Below, in pieces: positions 1 through 10,318 of a stretch of DNA of 64,000 nt. Source of the stretch: Paramoeba atlantica (Eukaryota > Protista > Discosea). Numbering within the stretch: position 1 is the first letter of the stretch; the number at the start of each line of letters is the position of its first letter. A model generated the notes under the pieces. It was given only the letters and a program-made list of their open reading frames with translations, ran no database searches and was not told the origin of the DNA. The translations under genes and the position numbers were made by a program. Where the stretch lies: contig CDRNVI010000079.1 in the NCBI GenBank assembly GCA_977017575.1, forward strand, positions 1 through 64,000, in the 5' to 3' direction.

Positions 1-1661
1 TACGAGGCATGTGTCCCACTCCACCTCGAAGGGAAAAATTAAACGAACTGACCATTGAGTATGCAAAGCAAACTAGAGTAAAGATGTGCGTTGACCTTGG
101 TTTTAAATTTTCGCGTGTGAGTTTATGTTTAGACACAGCCACTTTTCACCATCGTACGGACCTGCGCCGTTACAATGATCAACTATGGTGTGTCTATGTG
201 TTGGACCGTCAGACCCATGCCCGCAAGTGATGCATCCGCCTTTCAACTATTAAAAGAGGTTATAGAGGAGCTTTACGCCGATCGAATTTTTGTGGCGCAC
301 GTGGTTTCAGACGCAGGAGCTGGAATCAAAAAGGGTTAATGATAACCGCTGAAGAGAGTGGAATAGCTTATACTGTTTGCATGGTCCACTCGCTTCAACT
401 TTGCATGGGGCACATAATGCGGATGGAAAATACTGATGAGATTTTAGGCCTCGGAAAAAATTACGAAAAGTGGCGGGCACCTTGTCCGACACGTTGGTGG
501 TCGATCTTTGACTCGGTCGAGCGTGCTCTGGGTGATTCTAATTGGGAAGCGTTTACGACAAAAGCTCGAATGTTTTCGTGGCTTGAGTCGCTTCTCATTT
601 ATCGCATTGTTGGCAGATTCATGGAAAGAGATGATTGTACGCTCCCCACGGCAATGCGAATGAGGATACAGCTAATAAATGACGTACCTCAGCCACATGG
701 GATGGTCTTGGCTGATCGTCTCATGCGAATATTACGACACGAACATCTTCTTGCTGCATCACTGTCTCCATGCATTGACTGGAACGGACGGTCTTGCATT
801 GTAGGACTCAGCAAGTGCTGCTCGCAATTAGCGATAAAGTTGTCAAAAACCCCTAATAAAGAAGCGTCCGAGTCGGGAGTGCGTCAAGATTTGAAATTGT
901 GGTTTAGTGGACGTGTGCAGGAGTTTTTTAACATGAGCGAAGGTTCCTCTATTGAAAAAGAAAGTGAAATGTTTCAGTTTTGGTCGGATTTATTAATTAA
1001 AGGAAAATTTTTACATTTGTCTAGGGCGGCACTGAAGCTGACTTCCTTTGTTGCTTCTGAGGCAAATTGTGAGAGATTGTTTAGTTCCGTGGGATTTATA
1101 TATGATGATCTTCATGCGCGTATGTCTCCAGAAATGGTGGCGGCAGAAACATCTATTCGATGTAGTTTACGTTCTTCCGTGGAGAAGCAGAATCCGCTCC
1201 CGCAGGCAACAGAAGTTGAGTTGGACCCGGTCGCCGAGGTAGCCCACGTAGCAACAGGAGATGGAATCAGCGCTTTGAAAGCCCAGGGGCAACGGATAGC
1301 TCATAAATATTCCTCTCTTATGAAACAAGACTCCGTGAACACGTCGGAGATGGATTTTCTTTGGAGTCTGCACCGCTGCAAGTCAGTTTTTACTATGATT
1401 TCTTACTAAAAACGGATACTTCGAGTTTGGGCTATATTTTTTTTGGCTTTGGGCAGGCTAAGTGCGGAGGTGGAGTGACGATGGACGTATAAAAACGCGT
1501 GTGTGTTACTCACTTACACAAAAAATACCATTTGGAATGCAACAAAAGTTTATAGTTTTCTTATAGTTTTATAGTAAAATATAGTAAATATAGTACTATA
1601 TAGTAACTATATTCAATAAAAAAAACTATATTTTACTATATTATAGTTTCTGCGAACCCTG
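1..1661 (+). mobile_element. hAT DNA transposon, + copy (5' part outside window), ending in TIR ...ttatagtttctgcgaaccctg
   Basis: ORFs 9..230 and 339..1409 match the 591-aa transposase at 1846..3621. One extra G (~159, catcgtacGgacc vs catcgtacgacc) frameshifts this copy. TIR CAGGGTTCGCAGAAACTATAA (reverse complement) at 1641-1661; TATAG subterminal repeats. Confidence 0.9.
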
Positions 1662-3819
1662 CTATATTTACTATATTTTACTATAAAACTATAAGAAAAC
1701 TATAAACTTTTGTTGCATTCCAAATGGTATTTTTTGTGTAAGTGAGTAACACACACGCGTTTTTATACGTCCATCGTCACTCCACCTCCGCACTTAGCCT
1801 GCCCAAAGCCAAAAAAAATATAGCCCAAACTCGAAGTATCCGTTTTTAGTAAGAAATCATAGTAAAAACTGACTTGCAGCGGTGCAGACTCCAAAGAAAA
1901 TCCATCTCCGACGTGTTCACGGAGTCTTGTTTCATAAGAGAGGAATATTTATGAGCTATCCGTTGCCCCTGGGCTTTCAAAGCGCTGATTCCATCTCCTG
2001 TTGCTACGTGGGCTACCTCGGCGACCGGGTCCAACTCAACTTCTGTTGCCTGCGGGAGCGGATTCTGCTTCTCCACGGAAGAACGTAAACTACATCGAAT
2101 AGATGTTTCTGCCGCCACCATTTCTGGAGACATACGCGCATGAAGATCATCATATATAAATCCCACGGAACTAAACAATCTCTCACAATTTGCCTCAGAA
2201 GCAACAAAGGAAGTCAGCTTCAGTGCCGCCCTAGACAAATGTAAAAATTTTCCTTTAATTAATAAATCCGACCAAAACTGAAACATTTCACTTTCTTTTT
2301 CAATAGAGGAACCTTCGCTCATGTTAAAAAACTCCTGCACACGTCCACTAAACCACAATTTCAAATCTTGACGCACTCCCGACTCGGACGCTTCTTTATT
2401 AGGGGTTTTTGACAACTTTATCGCTAATTGCGAGCAGCACTTGCTGAGTCCTACAATGCAAGACCGTCCGTTCCAGTCAATGCATGGAGACAGTGATGCA
2501 GCAAGAAGATGTTCGTGTCGTAATATTCGCATGAGACGATCAGCCAAGACCATCCCATGTGGCTGAGGTACGTCATTTATTAGCTGTATCCTCATTCGCA
2601 TTGCCGTGGGGAGCGTACAATCATCTCTTTCCATGAATCTGCCAACAATGCGATAAATGAGAAGCGACTCAAGCCACGAAAACATTCGAGCTTTTGTCGT
2701 AAACGCTTCCCAATTAGAATCACCCAGAGCACGCTCGACCGAGTCAAAGATCGACCACCAACGTGTCGGACAAGGTGCCCGCCACTTTTCGTAATTTTTT
2801 CCGAGGCCTAAAATCTCATCAGTATTTTCCATCCGCATTATGTGCCCCATGCAAAGTTGAAGCGAGTGGACCATGCAAACAGTATAAGCTATTCCACTCT
2901 CTTCAGCGGTTATCATTAAACCCTTTTTGATTCCAGCTCCTGCGTCTGAAACCACGTGCGCCACAAAAATTCGATCGGCGTAAAGCTCCTCTATAACCTC
3001 TTTTAATAGTTGAAAGGCGGATGCATCACTTGCGGGCATGGGTCTGACGGTCCAACACATAGACACACCATAGTTGATCATTGTAACGGCGCAGGTCGTA
3101 CGATGGTGAAAAGTGGCTGTGTCTAAACATAAACTCACACGCGAAAATTTAAAACCAAGGTCAACGCACATCTTTACTCTAGTTTGCTTTGCATACTCAA
3201 TGGTCAGTTCGTTTAATTTTTCCCTTCGAGGTGGAGTGGGACACATGCCTCGTACAATTCTGTTAAGAAACCAAGGATGCTCAAGAGCTGCGGTTGAAAT
3301 TCCGAACTCTGCTTTCCAAACTATTATATCCTTATGGTCCTGAGGTTTGGACGCTTGTGAAGAGATGTTTAACGTCGGATTTGCACGTTGACGCTTTTCG
3401 TTTTGTTCAGCACACCAGGTATCATATTTTTTCTCGTGTTTCACTAAGTGTTTCTCTGCGGAATGATAATCTGTCGATAGCCCTCTTGGAACCAAAAAAC
3501 GCTTCTTACTTCCCTCCTCACACAGGTTGCATTCCACCGCTGGTTTCTGTCCTTCCGTGCGCGGTACTTCACTAAAATAGTCTTTACAGAAATTTCCCCT
3601 CGTCAGTTTCGTTTCGGGCATCTGTTTCGGTTTTAAAATGAAGAAAAATTAAGAAAAAAAGGGATAAAAACACATTTGCATATGACTAGGATGGGTCAAA
3701 GGGCTTAAAAGCACCTTGAAATACGAAGAAAAAAAATATAGTTTTTTATAGTTTTTGAAAAAAGTTTATAGTAACTATATAGTACTATATTGATAGTTTT
3801 ATAGTTTCTGCGAACCCTG
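1662..3819 (-). mobile_element. hAT transposon, inverted copy lacking the last 68 bp of its 3' end; 5' TIR at 3799-3819
   Basis: Reverse complement of the + copy (coordinates sum to 3255 near the centre, e.g. 1409/1846 and 1593/1662); TIR ttatagtttctgcgaaccctg ends at 3819. Confidence 0.88.
1846..3621 (-). CDS. hAT-superfamily transposase, 591 aa, intact ORF
   Basis: N-terminal BED-like zinc finger (YF...CNLC...KHLVKH); SLCLDTAT (D), VVSDAG (D), CMVH (CxxH), PTRW; C-terminal dimerisation motif ASEANCERLFS (E). Confidence 0.9.
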   Translation of the reverse strand: MPETKLTRGNFCKDYFSEVPRTEGQKPAVECNLCEEGSKKRFLVPRGLSTDYHSAEKHLVKHEKKYDTWCAEQNEKRQRANPTLNISSQASKPQDHKDIIVWKAEFGISTAALEHPWFLNRIVRGMCPTPPRREKLNELTIEYAKQTRVKMCVDLGFKFSRVSLCLDTATFHHRTTCAVTMINYGVSMCWTVRPMPASDASAFQLLKEVIEELYADRIFVAHVVSDAGAGIKKGLMITAEESGIAYTVCMVHSLQLCMGHIMRMENTDEILGLGKNYEKWRAPCPTRWWSIFDSVERALGDSNWEAFTTKARMFSWLESLLIYRIVGRFMERDDCTLPTAMRMRIQLINDVPQPHGMVLADRLMRILRHEHLLAASLSPCIDWNGRSCIVGLSKCCSQLAIKLSKTPNKEASESGVRQDLKLWFSGRVQEFFNMSEGSSIEKESEMFQFWSDLLIKGKFLHLSRAALKLTSFVASEANCERLFSSVGFIYDDLHARMSPEMVAAETSIRCSLRSSVEKQNPLPQATEVELDPVAEVAHVATGDGISALKAQGQRIAHKYSSLMKQDSVNTSEMDFLWSLHRCKSVFTMISY

Positions 3820-3895
3820 AAATATAGTACTATATAGTAACTATATTCAATAAAAAAAACTATATTTTACTATATTATAGTTTCTGCGAACCCTG
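3820..3895 (+). repeat. Detached 76-bp hAT 3' terminus with TIR
   Basis: Matches 1586-1661 (aaatatagtactatatag...gtttctgcgaaccctg). Confidence 0.9.
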
Positions 3896-4672
3896 CTTAT
3901 GTTTACCATAGCCCTACGTAGGTAATTGAGGGGTCGGTGTACCGGATGCTTGGCCATAACGCGGGCAAAAAGGTCCTTGGCCTCTTCGGCCACCCCGATA
4001 GAGTTCGACGAACTTTCTCAATTTTTTGCAGGCGCAGCGTGACAGTTATGGATTGGCCGTAGATACGGATTATAGGTGAGATTCTGGGTCGGTCCTCCGT
4101 ACTTCAGACCAGCTAGAGTCGCAACTGGCCCTCATAACGCTCAATTTTGGCTGTCACGAAGCGTCACGCGCTGACTGCACAGTCACCTATGAAGTCACTA
4201 AGTATTTGATCTGAATGCTGATTTGACGAAGTCCACTTCGTGCTGATTGTAGTGAAGCAGCTTGTACTTGCCAATGTGTGCAACGAACCGTTCAACGCTG
4301 TTACAGATTCTTCGAAATTCTATATCGAACGGTTCGTCCACGTTGTCTCCTATCTCCTGACAGAAACAATGCGGCACGTTTCTGTACGCCTTCTCGACCA
4401 TGATTCGTTTACCTTTTGCGTGCGGAAAGACAAGGAGTCTGAGTTGGCGAAGCATTCACTGTCGTGTATCCGCCCTTCGAATGGACTCCCACGCCAAAGG
4501 GCGGCCATCTATCATTAACAACACTTGGAAAGTCCAATATTTTGTCAAGTCCTTTCCGTTGTACAGCTCCTTAGGGCCGCGAGAGTACATGGGGACGCCA
4601 TCTAGGATGCTTAAACACGCTACAAATTCTGGCTTGAGGACAGTGGACCCCCAGCAACTTCGGTACATTTCT

Positions 4673-4720
4673 GGGGCCACTATGGGACACTGTGGGCCAC
4701 TATGGGACAATCGGTGCCAC
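4673..4720. repeat. GGGCCAC-motif cluster (second cluster at 7279-7340), possible subterminal repeats
   Basis: gggccactatgggacactgtgggccactatggg occurs upstream and a similar cluster downstream of the 4908-7159 gene pair. Confidence 0.5.
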
Positions 4721-4907
4721 GATTGGACACTTCAAAGTTTAAGTTGTGCCTTTTGATTGCTTTTATGTTGTGTATATTGAGTTCGTAAGGATTTCGTTCT
4801 CATGTATTTTTGGTCGACCACGTACAGCAGTTGTAAAATAGAACGAAATGAAGTAACTATGTACATCTAGAATTAAACGTCTGTTTCACAGTAATGAAGC
4901 TACTAAA

Positions 4908-5804
4908 ATGGAAAAAATGTTTTGTCCACGCTGCAAAGCAGACCGTAACGTAAGTCTTGGAGAACCCCGAAGGTGTGTAATGTGTGCCTGTCCCATCGAA
5001 TGCGATGTAAAGGACCCCTGTATTCAGTGTCACAGGGTTTCAGTTCTCATAGGTTCAAACTACTGTCCGTTGTGCAATTCCCCTCAAGATGGAGAACGAC
5101 TTCCCGCCAACACCTTAGACCACATTTATGCTCGTGGTCTGAAGGAAGAAAATGTTCTTAACGCATGTGCTGAGTACGTGGGTCGCATGCTCTGCGGTAC
5201 GAAGCTTGCGTTCGGACATGTGGCCCACATCCTTATTCTTATCAAAAGGGCAAAAGATGTTTCTATAAAAAGATATATCCCGCGTTCGGCCGAAGCAGTT
5301 TGCTCGTATTTTAACCATGCGTTGCATCCAGAGGAGCGGGGCTCTCTGCAGGAGTTTTTGCGAAACCTCTGGAACTTGTATGAGGGCAAGCGCGCCAATG
5401 AAAAGAAGGTTCTGAGAGACACAAAGACTGCGTTGGTAGCAAGTTTTTTGTCGGTTCTAGGTGACTCAACATTTGAAATTGATCGAAAGTTTGTTCACCA
5501 AGTTCAGGGTGAGATTACGGACAAACTTGGCAATTCAATGGAGGAGAATGTTCCTACTGAACTTCTTTCTATCCGGGACGACCTTGTTCAACTGCGGATT
5601 CTCAAGAAGGGAAAGACTTCGAATGCTCATCTTATTCACGTTGCCCGACCTCCTCGTCAAACTTTGACTGCCGCAGATCAGGAAGTTGAGATAGTTGAAG
5701 TTCGGAACGATGAAAACCTGGTCAGCAATCCGAAGCGGCAACGCGTTTCCCGCATTGCTTCAACTTCAAGTTCGAACACTTTGCATTTTAAAAGTCGTAA
5801 GTAA
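4908..5804 (+). CDS. Zinc-ribbon (multi-CxxC) protein, probable accessory ORF of the Harbinger-like element
   Basis: CPRC, CVMC, CIQC, CPLC in the first 60 aa; basic C-terminus (PKRQRVSR); directly upstream of the DDE_Tnp_4-like ORF. Confidence 0.6.
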   Translation: MEKMFCPRCKADRNVSLGEPRRCVMCACPIECDVKDPCIQCHRVSVLIGSNYCPLCNSPQDGERLPANTLDHIYARGLKEENVLNACAEYVGRMLCGTKLAFGHVAHILILIKRAKDVSIKRYIPRSAEAVCSYFNHALHPEERGSLQEFLRNLWNLYEGKRANEKKVLRDTKTALVASFLSVLGDSTFEIDRKFVHQVQGEITDKLGNSMEENVPTELLSIRDDLVQLRILKKGKTSNAHLIHVARPPRQTLTAADQEVEIVEVRNDENLVSNPKRQRVSRIASTSSSNTLHFKSRK

Positions 5805-5977
5805 GTTGTAGGCCTGTAAATCGCAAGTAAGTTTTAAGCGGTTATGTTGTAAGTGAAAAAGTTGCAAGTAAGGAATTTGGAAGTAAGGAATTCGAAAAAA
5901 AAATCGTAAATCAAAGAATTTTATTTAATATAGAATCTTTCTTTCCTCTAATAAAATCATAATAATCTTTCCTCTAC

Positions 5978-7159
5978 TTGATACTGATGCTTGGCCGTAT
6001 TGACACCCCGGAATATGACACACCCGTTAATATATCTGAAACCCGTGACGCACCACCTGATACATCCGGCGATGCACCTGAACCTGATGCTCCCTACGAA
6101 AATAAATATTCAGAGTTGTCTTTATGCTGTTTAACGCATCGCGCTCTCACCTTTCTAAAACAATTTTATCCCTTTGAAGAAATTTTTGCGAGCTTTCTTT
6201 TTTTGCGGTGTGGGGGTAGCTACGACATTGTATCAGAACTCATATCCTTGAAATTCGGAACCGGTTGGTCTGAACGTTCTTGTTCTGACAAGATACCCGC
6301 GTTTTTTAAAAAACTGCATTCCGATATGAAGGATACATGGCTTTGTTTGGATGCTGATATTTTGCACCATGAATCAAACGCAGTTCTTCCTTTTTGGGAT
6401 AAGGACATAAAGGTGGTGATGGACACAGTGCCACTGTACGTTGATAGCTTGCCTCACTGCTATCAACCCAAATATGCTACGCACGTCGTGAAAGCGCTCG
6501 TAGCATCTACAATGTCTGGGTATGTTTGCTTCACAGCAGACACATTGTACTGTGGAGCCTCATCCGACGCCGTTATTCAGGACTGTAGTGGTATTCTGGA
6601 TTTTCTGGCACACAATCGTGTTCGCGCTCTTGCTGAGGGGGGATTTTACGATGGTCTTACTGATAGATTAATAGTACCCCATTCTAAAGCCAAAATTTGG
6701 TGTTCGAAGCGCCCAAAATCTAAGTCTATGCAGAAACATCATGATTCAGAAGCAGATGGTAAAATGTGCTTCAATGAAAAGTTGGCTCACTTTAGATCGC
6801 GGGTCGAACACATTTTTTCTCGTTCGTGCTGTGGCAAATGGCTGGCTTTTAAGCAGTGGACTCGTAGTCCAGATTTTCTTTACTATGCTTTTTCGTGCGC
6901 TCTCATGGTTCATAACATGGAAGTGTTTCATAAACATGGACCTCAAGGAAGATATCCACCTCTTACCCCTGAGAAAGTGGAAGCAGTTAAAAAGAAGATA
7001 ATAGAGCACAAAGGACAATCTTCCAGATATGGAGTATCTGACAGTTCTACTATCACAGGTCCGATGGACAAATACACGTATCCTAAAAATCTTGATGCGT
7101 ATGTTTTTTTTCGTGAACAACAATCCCCCCACCAGCACTCAACCAATAACCCCCTATGA
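5978..7159 (+). CDS. PIF/Harbinger/ISL2EU-like (DDE_Tnp_4) transposase
   Basis: VVMDTVP (D), YQPKY, YCGASSD (G..SD), LAEGGFY (expected ADxGY), NEKLAHFRSRVEHIFS (N..R..VE), MVHN. The ATG at 5987 is the likelier start. Confidence 0.75.
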   Translation: MILMLGRIDTPEYDTPVNISETRDAPPDTSGDAPEPDAPYENKYSELSLCCLTHRALTFLKQFYPFEEIFASFLFLRCGGSYDIVSELISLKFGTGWSERSCSDKIPAFFKKLHSDMKDTWLCLDADILHHESNAVLPFWDKDIKVVMDTVPLYVDSLPHCYQPKYATHVVKALVASTMSGYVCFTADTLYCGASSDAVIQDCSGILDFLAHNRVRALAEGGFYDGLTDRLIVPHSKAKIWCSKRPKSKSMQKHHDSEADGKMCFNEKLAHFRSRVEHIFSRSCCGKWLAFKQWTRSPDFLYYAFSCALMVHNMEVFHKHGPQGRYPPLTPEKVEAVKKKIIEHKGQSSRYGVSDSSTITGPMDKYTYPKNLDAYVFFREQQSPHQHSTNNPL

Positions 7160-8084
7160 TCATACACTCTACGCTCATATACAGTTGCCCCTCCTCACTA
7201 TACTTAGCTAGGTACGCTACTTATCAGAGAATCACTTGCCTCTATGTCGTCACGATTCTCCGGCGACGCTCGATTTTTGGGGCCACTATGGGCCACTGTG
7301 GGTCGTCTTGTGCCACTTAGTCCACTACGGGCCACCCGGGGACTGCATTGGGTCCAGTGTAGCGCCGCTCCTTATCCGCGAGATTGCCGACAGTATCTGA
7401 AGCACGAAGCGCAGGATGCAAAATATTTTGCCCAAAAATTCAATATTTTGTAAATATATTTTTTTTGATTAGCAGAAACGGGCTCCAAATAGCGTACACA
7501 CGATATTCAGAACGAGATCTCTCGTTTGCAACAAAAATCAGCTCAAACGGCCTCAGGACGCTAAAATGCGGACCTTGTCAGTTTTCGTGTCCCCCCCTGT
7601 ATACATAGTAGTGTTTATAGTACTATAAACAAGGTTTATAGTACTATAAATTTTCTTGAAACACTATAAACTATCTATAAATAGTTTTAGTGACCTCTGT
7701 AAATTTTCACATAGGTAGTCTAGTGGTAAGTCGCCTTTTCGGAGCGCGGAGCTTCTTCCACTCTTTGTCAAGATTTGAATTTAACATCACTGAAATTGTC
7801 TACGTTTATCGAATTCTGGGCGCACGAAAGCGTCAAAGAAGCAGACGGTTCAGAAGATTCGATCGGTAAGACTCGACCAGAAGATTGGTCGTCTGATTTA
7901 CATTCAGTGCATTTCAGAGAGGGGGGAGTACGAACTCGATATTCAGGGGCTTTCATTGACGTTGACTTTTCATTCTGTGTTGTGGAATGACTTGGGGACG
8001 TTTCTATCCATGAATATTCCTTGGCGGGTCGTTTGATGTAAGTATGGGCCACTCGCAAAATGCTTGCGCGATGTTTCACTTCAT

Positions 8085-8260
8085 ACTACAGAATGCGCTT
8101 TTCCGAAGAGTGATGTAATCCCCACGCGCTAAGCAATTCATTGTATGCTCTCTTGAAGATTCGATCATTCACTTGAATTGCCTTGTGCACCCTCCTGGTA
8201 TGGTGCCGGGATCACAGTTTTCGTGTAGCTCATCAGGTACGATGACAAATGTAATCATCA
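8085..8260 (-). pseudogene. pogo-type DDE_1 transposase remnant
   Basis: My translation IPGGCT / frameshift / AIQVNDRIFKRAYNELLSAW resembles FIPSGCTSLIQLMD...FKHYY of the 20322 ORF. Confidence 0.4.
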
Positions 8261-8354
8261 GTGACAATGGCTTTCGAGGGAGGGTGTGTTTGGGCGTGTC
8301 AGGGTGGCTGGGTGGGGTGAGGGGTGGCTGCGCGGGAGAGAATGGCCTAGTTGC

Positions 8355-8487
8355 GGGGTTGGCTGGACAGAAAATCTACGCACTCATGGCCAAAAAAGAC
8401 CTTTGCCCACCAAAAAAGCATACCCCCCCAGTAACAAGGATTAGGACTTTTTAGTCCAAAATCGATTCTATTACTGGAGGGGGGGTA
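8355..8487. repeat. Dispersed TE-end fragment ending ggggggg|ta; inverted copy at 54282-54411
   Basis: ~130 bp near-identity between the two loci. Confidence 0.75.
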
Positions 8488-8550
8488 TACGGTAGCAAAG
8501 TAAAAAAACGGGGTGGGTAAGAGGAGTGAATAGCAAATAAGAACAAGAAT

Positions 8551-10020
8551 ATGTTATACTATTTATTCGTATCACTAAAAAGATGTGTGCGTAAAAATGA
8601 GGAGTATAGAAAACATAAGTTTAGGACACATTTTTTTTATAGAATCTTTGAAGAAAACAATGGCTTGAGACGCGATCTCACTTACATGATTCTCATAACA
8701 CAAACGTGTGATGATCAGTCACCACACATGAAACGTAAGAAACAGCACCGAGACGTCTCAAGTAGCGCGGAAGTCTGTAATCCATCTAGCCGCCCTGGCA
8801 AAATACGTGGAGCTCTTTTACCGCAAGAATATGAACTGCAAAGGCTTATTTCCGATGTAATGTCTCCAGACCCATCCTGGAAGACATCCACAGCTGCATG
8901 CGATTGGGCAGGAGTGACGTGCAACGAACAAGGAGAAGTGACGGAAATTGATTGGAGTTACAGCTCGGTACTTCGTGCATACGGCGGCTCAATTGCTCGC
9001 CGATTATATTTAGAACATATTCCCAGAACCGTTTTACGAGTATACTTACCAAGCAACGGCTTTTCTGGGTTCGATTGCTTAAGTAATTTGCCTCCGAATC
9101 TAACGCATCTTGATCTTTGTTTCAACACTTTTACAGGCACAATAAAGTTTTCTAATTTTCCAGCAACGTTGCAAGTAATTGATTTGGGGTACAATAAATT
9201 TGAAGGTGGCGTAGATTTGGGTAGCCTCCCAGCGCATTTAAATAAATTGAATTTGAGTGGAAATCAATTTTCGGGCACGATTAACATATTTGATTTACCA
9301 AAGTGCTTGGTAAGTTTAAGTTTAAACGCGAATGAATTTACGGGCTACACACGTATTCATCCGCGGACGACGCATTCAAGCCACGGTCCGCCCTACCAAG
9401 ACCTGGACTTTTCTGCTCTCCCAGCCTCCATGGAATATTTTGAAGTTGCGTGCAACCGCCTTACGGGTAAGCTTCACCTCGAAGGTTTACCATCTTCGAT
9501 TAAGAAAGCGGACTTTTCAAACAATCAATTTGATGGTCCTCTTCAACTTGATTTTCTTCCTGAGAACATATTTTCATTTTGCGCTGCAGGCAACAAACTT
9601 ACCGGAGTGTTGTGCCTTGATAAGTTGCCAACGTGACTATCCGATTTGAACCTTTCCAGAAATGTATTTACCGGCACGCTAGACTTGAGGCATTTACCGT
9701 GCACTCTTAATGACATTCAGTTCTCTCGCAATCAGTTCACGGGAGAGGTTGACCTTTGCGCTCTACCTGCTTCACTCACCCAACTTTGTTTGGACGAGAA
9801 CAAGCTATCTGGGTCACTGGATCTCAGTGAACTGCCGGAGGACTTGATTTTTATGGACATCAGCAGTAATGAGTTTGAGGGTCCTATAAATTTAGATACA
9901 CTTCCACCTTCACTTGAGATTTTACGAATCAAATATAACCAATTTACGGGTAATCTTGACCTCAACGACCTGCCTGAGTCGTGCAAACATGAACATCGTT
10001 CATTTTTCCTTTCAACATAA
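8551..10020 (+). pseudogene. LRR-family gene interrupted by an in-frame TGA (9634-9636)
   Basis: W...C.W.GV.C cap, then LPxxLxxLxLxxNxFxGxxDL repeats. ORFs 8551..9636 and 9646..10020 are in the same frame. True start is probably downstream of 8551. Confidence 0.8.
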
Positions 10021-10248
10021 TAACTTACCCAGAGTATTTAAAGAAACCGAGAGGCGTCTTTTCGAAATGCGCTGTGCCCTCGTCCCCTCACTGCACTGAC
10101 CCACTCTTGCATTACGCGCCAACTCGCGACAAACAGTGCTGTGACTTTTGCCAATTATGCGAGCTATGCTTCGCCGACTCTCGCCAGGTGCGAAGAGTGA
10201 TTGAATACGATTACGATCGTAAAGACTAAGTCTTGAATAATGGCACAT
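10012..10248 (-). pseudogene. IS30-like N-terminal HTH transposase fragment
   Basis: LSLYDRNRIQSL...GESRRSIARIIGKSHSTVCRELARN...AQRISKRR fits the IS30 HTH pattern (R..I...G.S.R.IA..LGRS.STI.RE..RN). Confidence 0.55.
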
Positions 10249-10318
10249 TTGTAGAGTAGATACGAAGGATATTATAAAATAATATTTCTTTAAATAATTG
10301 CGGTATTAAAGCTTCTGT

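Noticed and set aside
1-3300. Palindrome as a pure assembly or chimeric-read artefact
   Set aside because: Junctions fall exactly on TIR ends with an 8-bp duplication, and the arms differ by an indel. Not fully excluded without reads.
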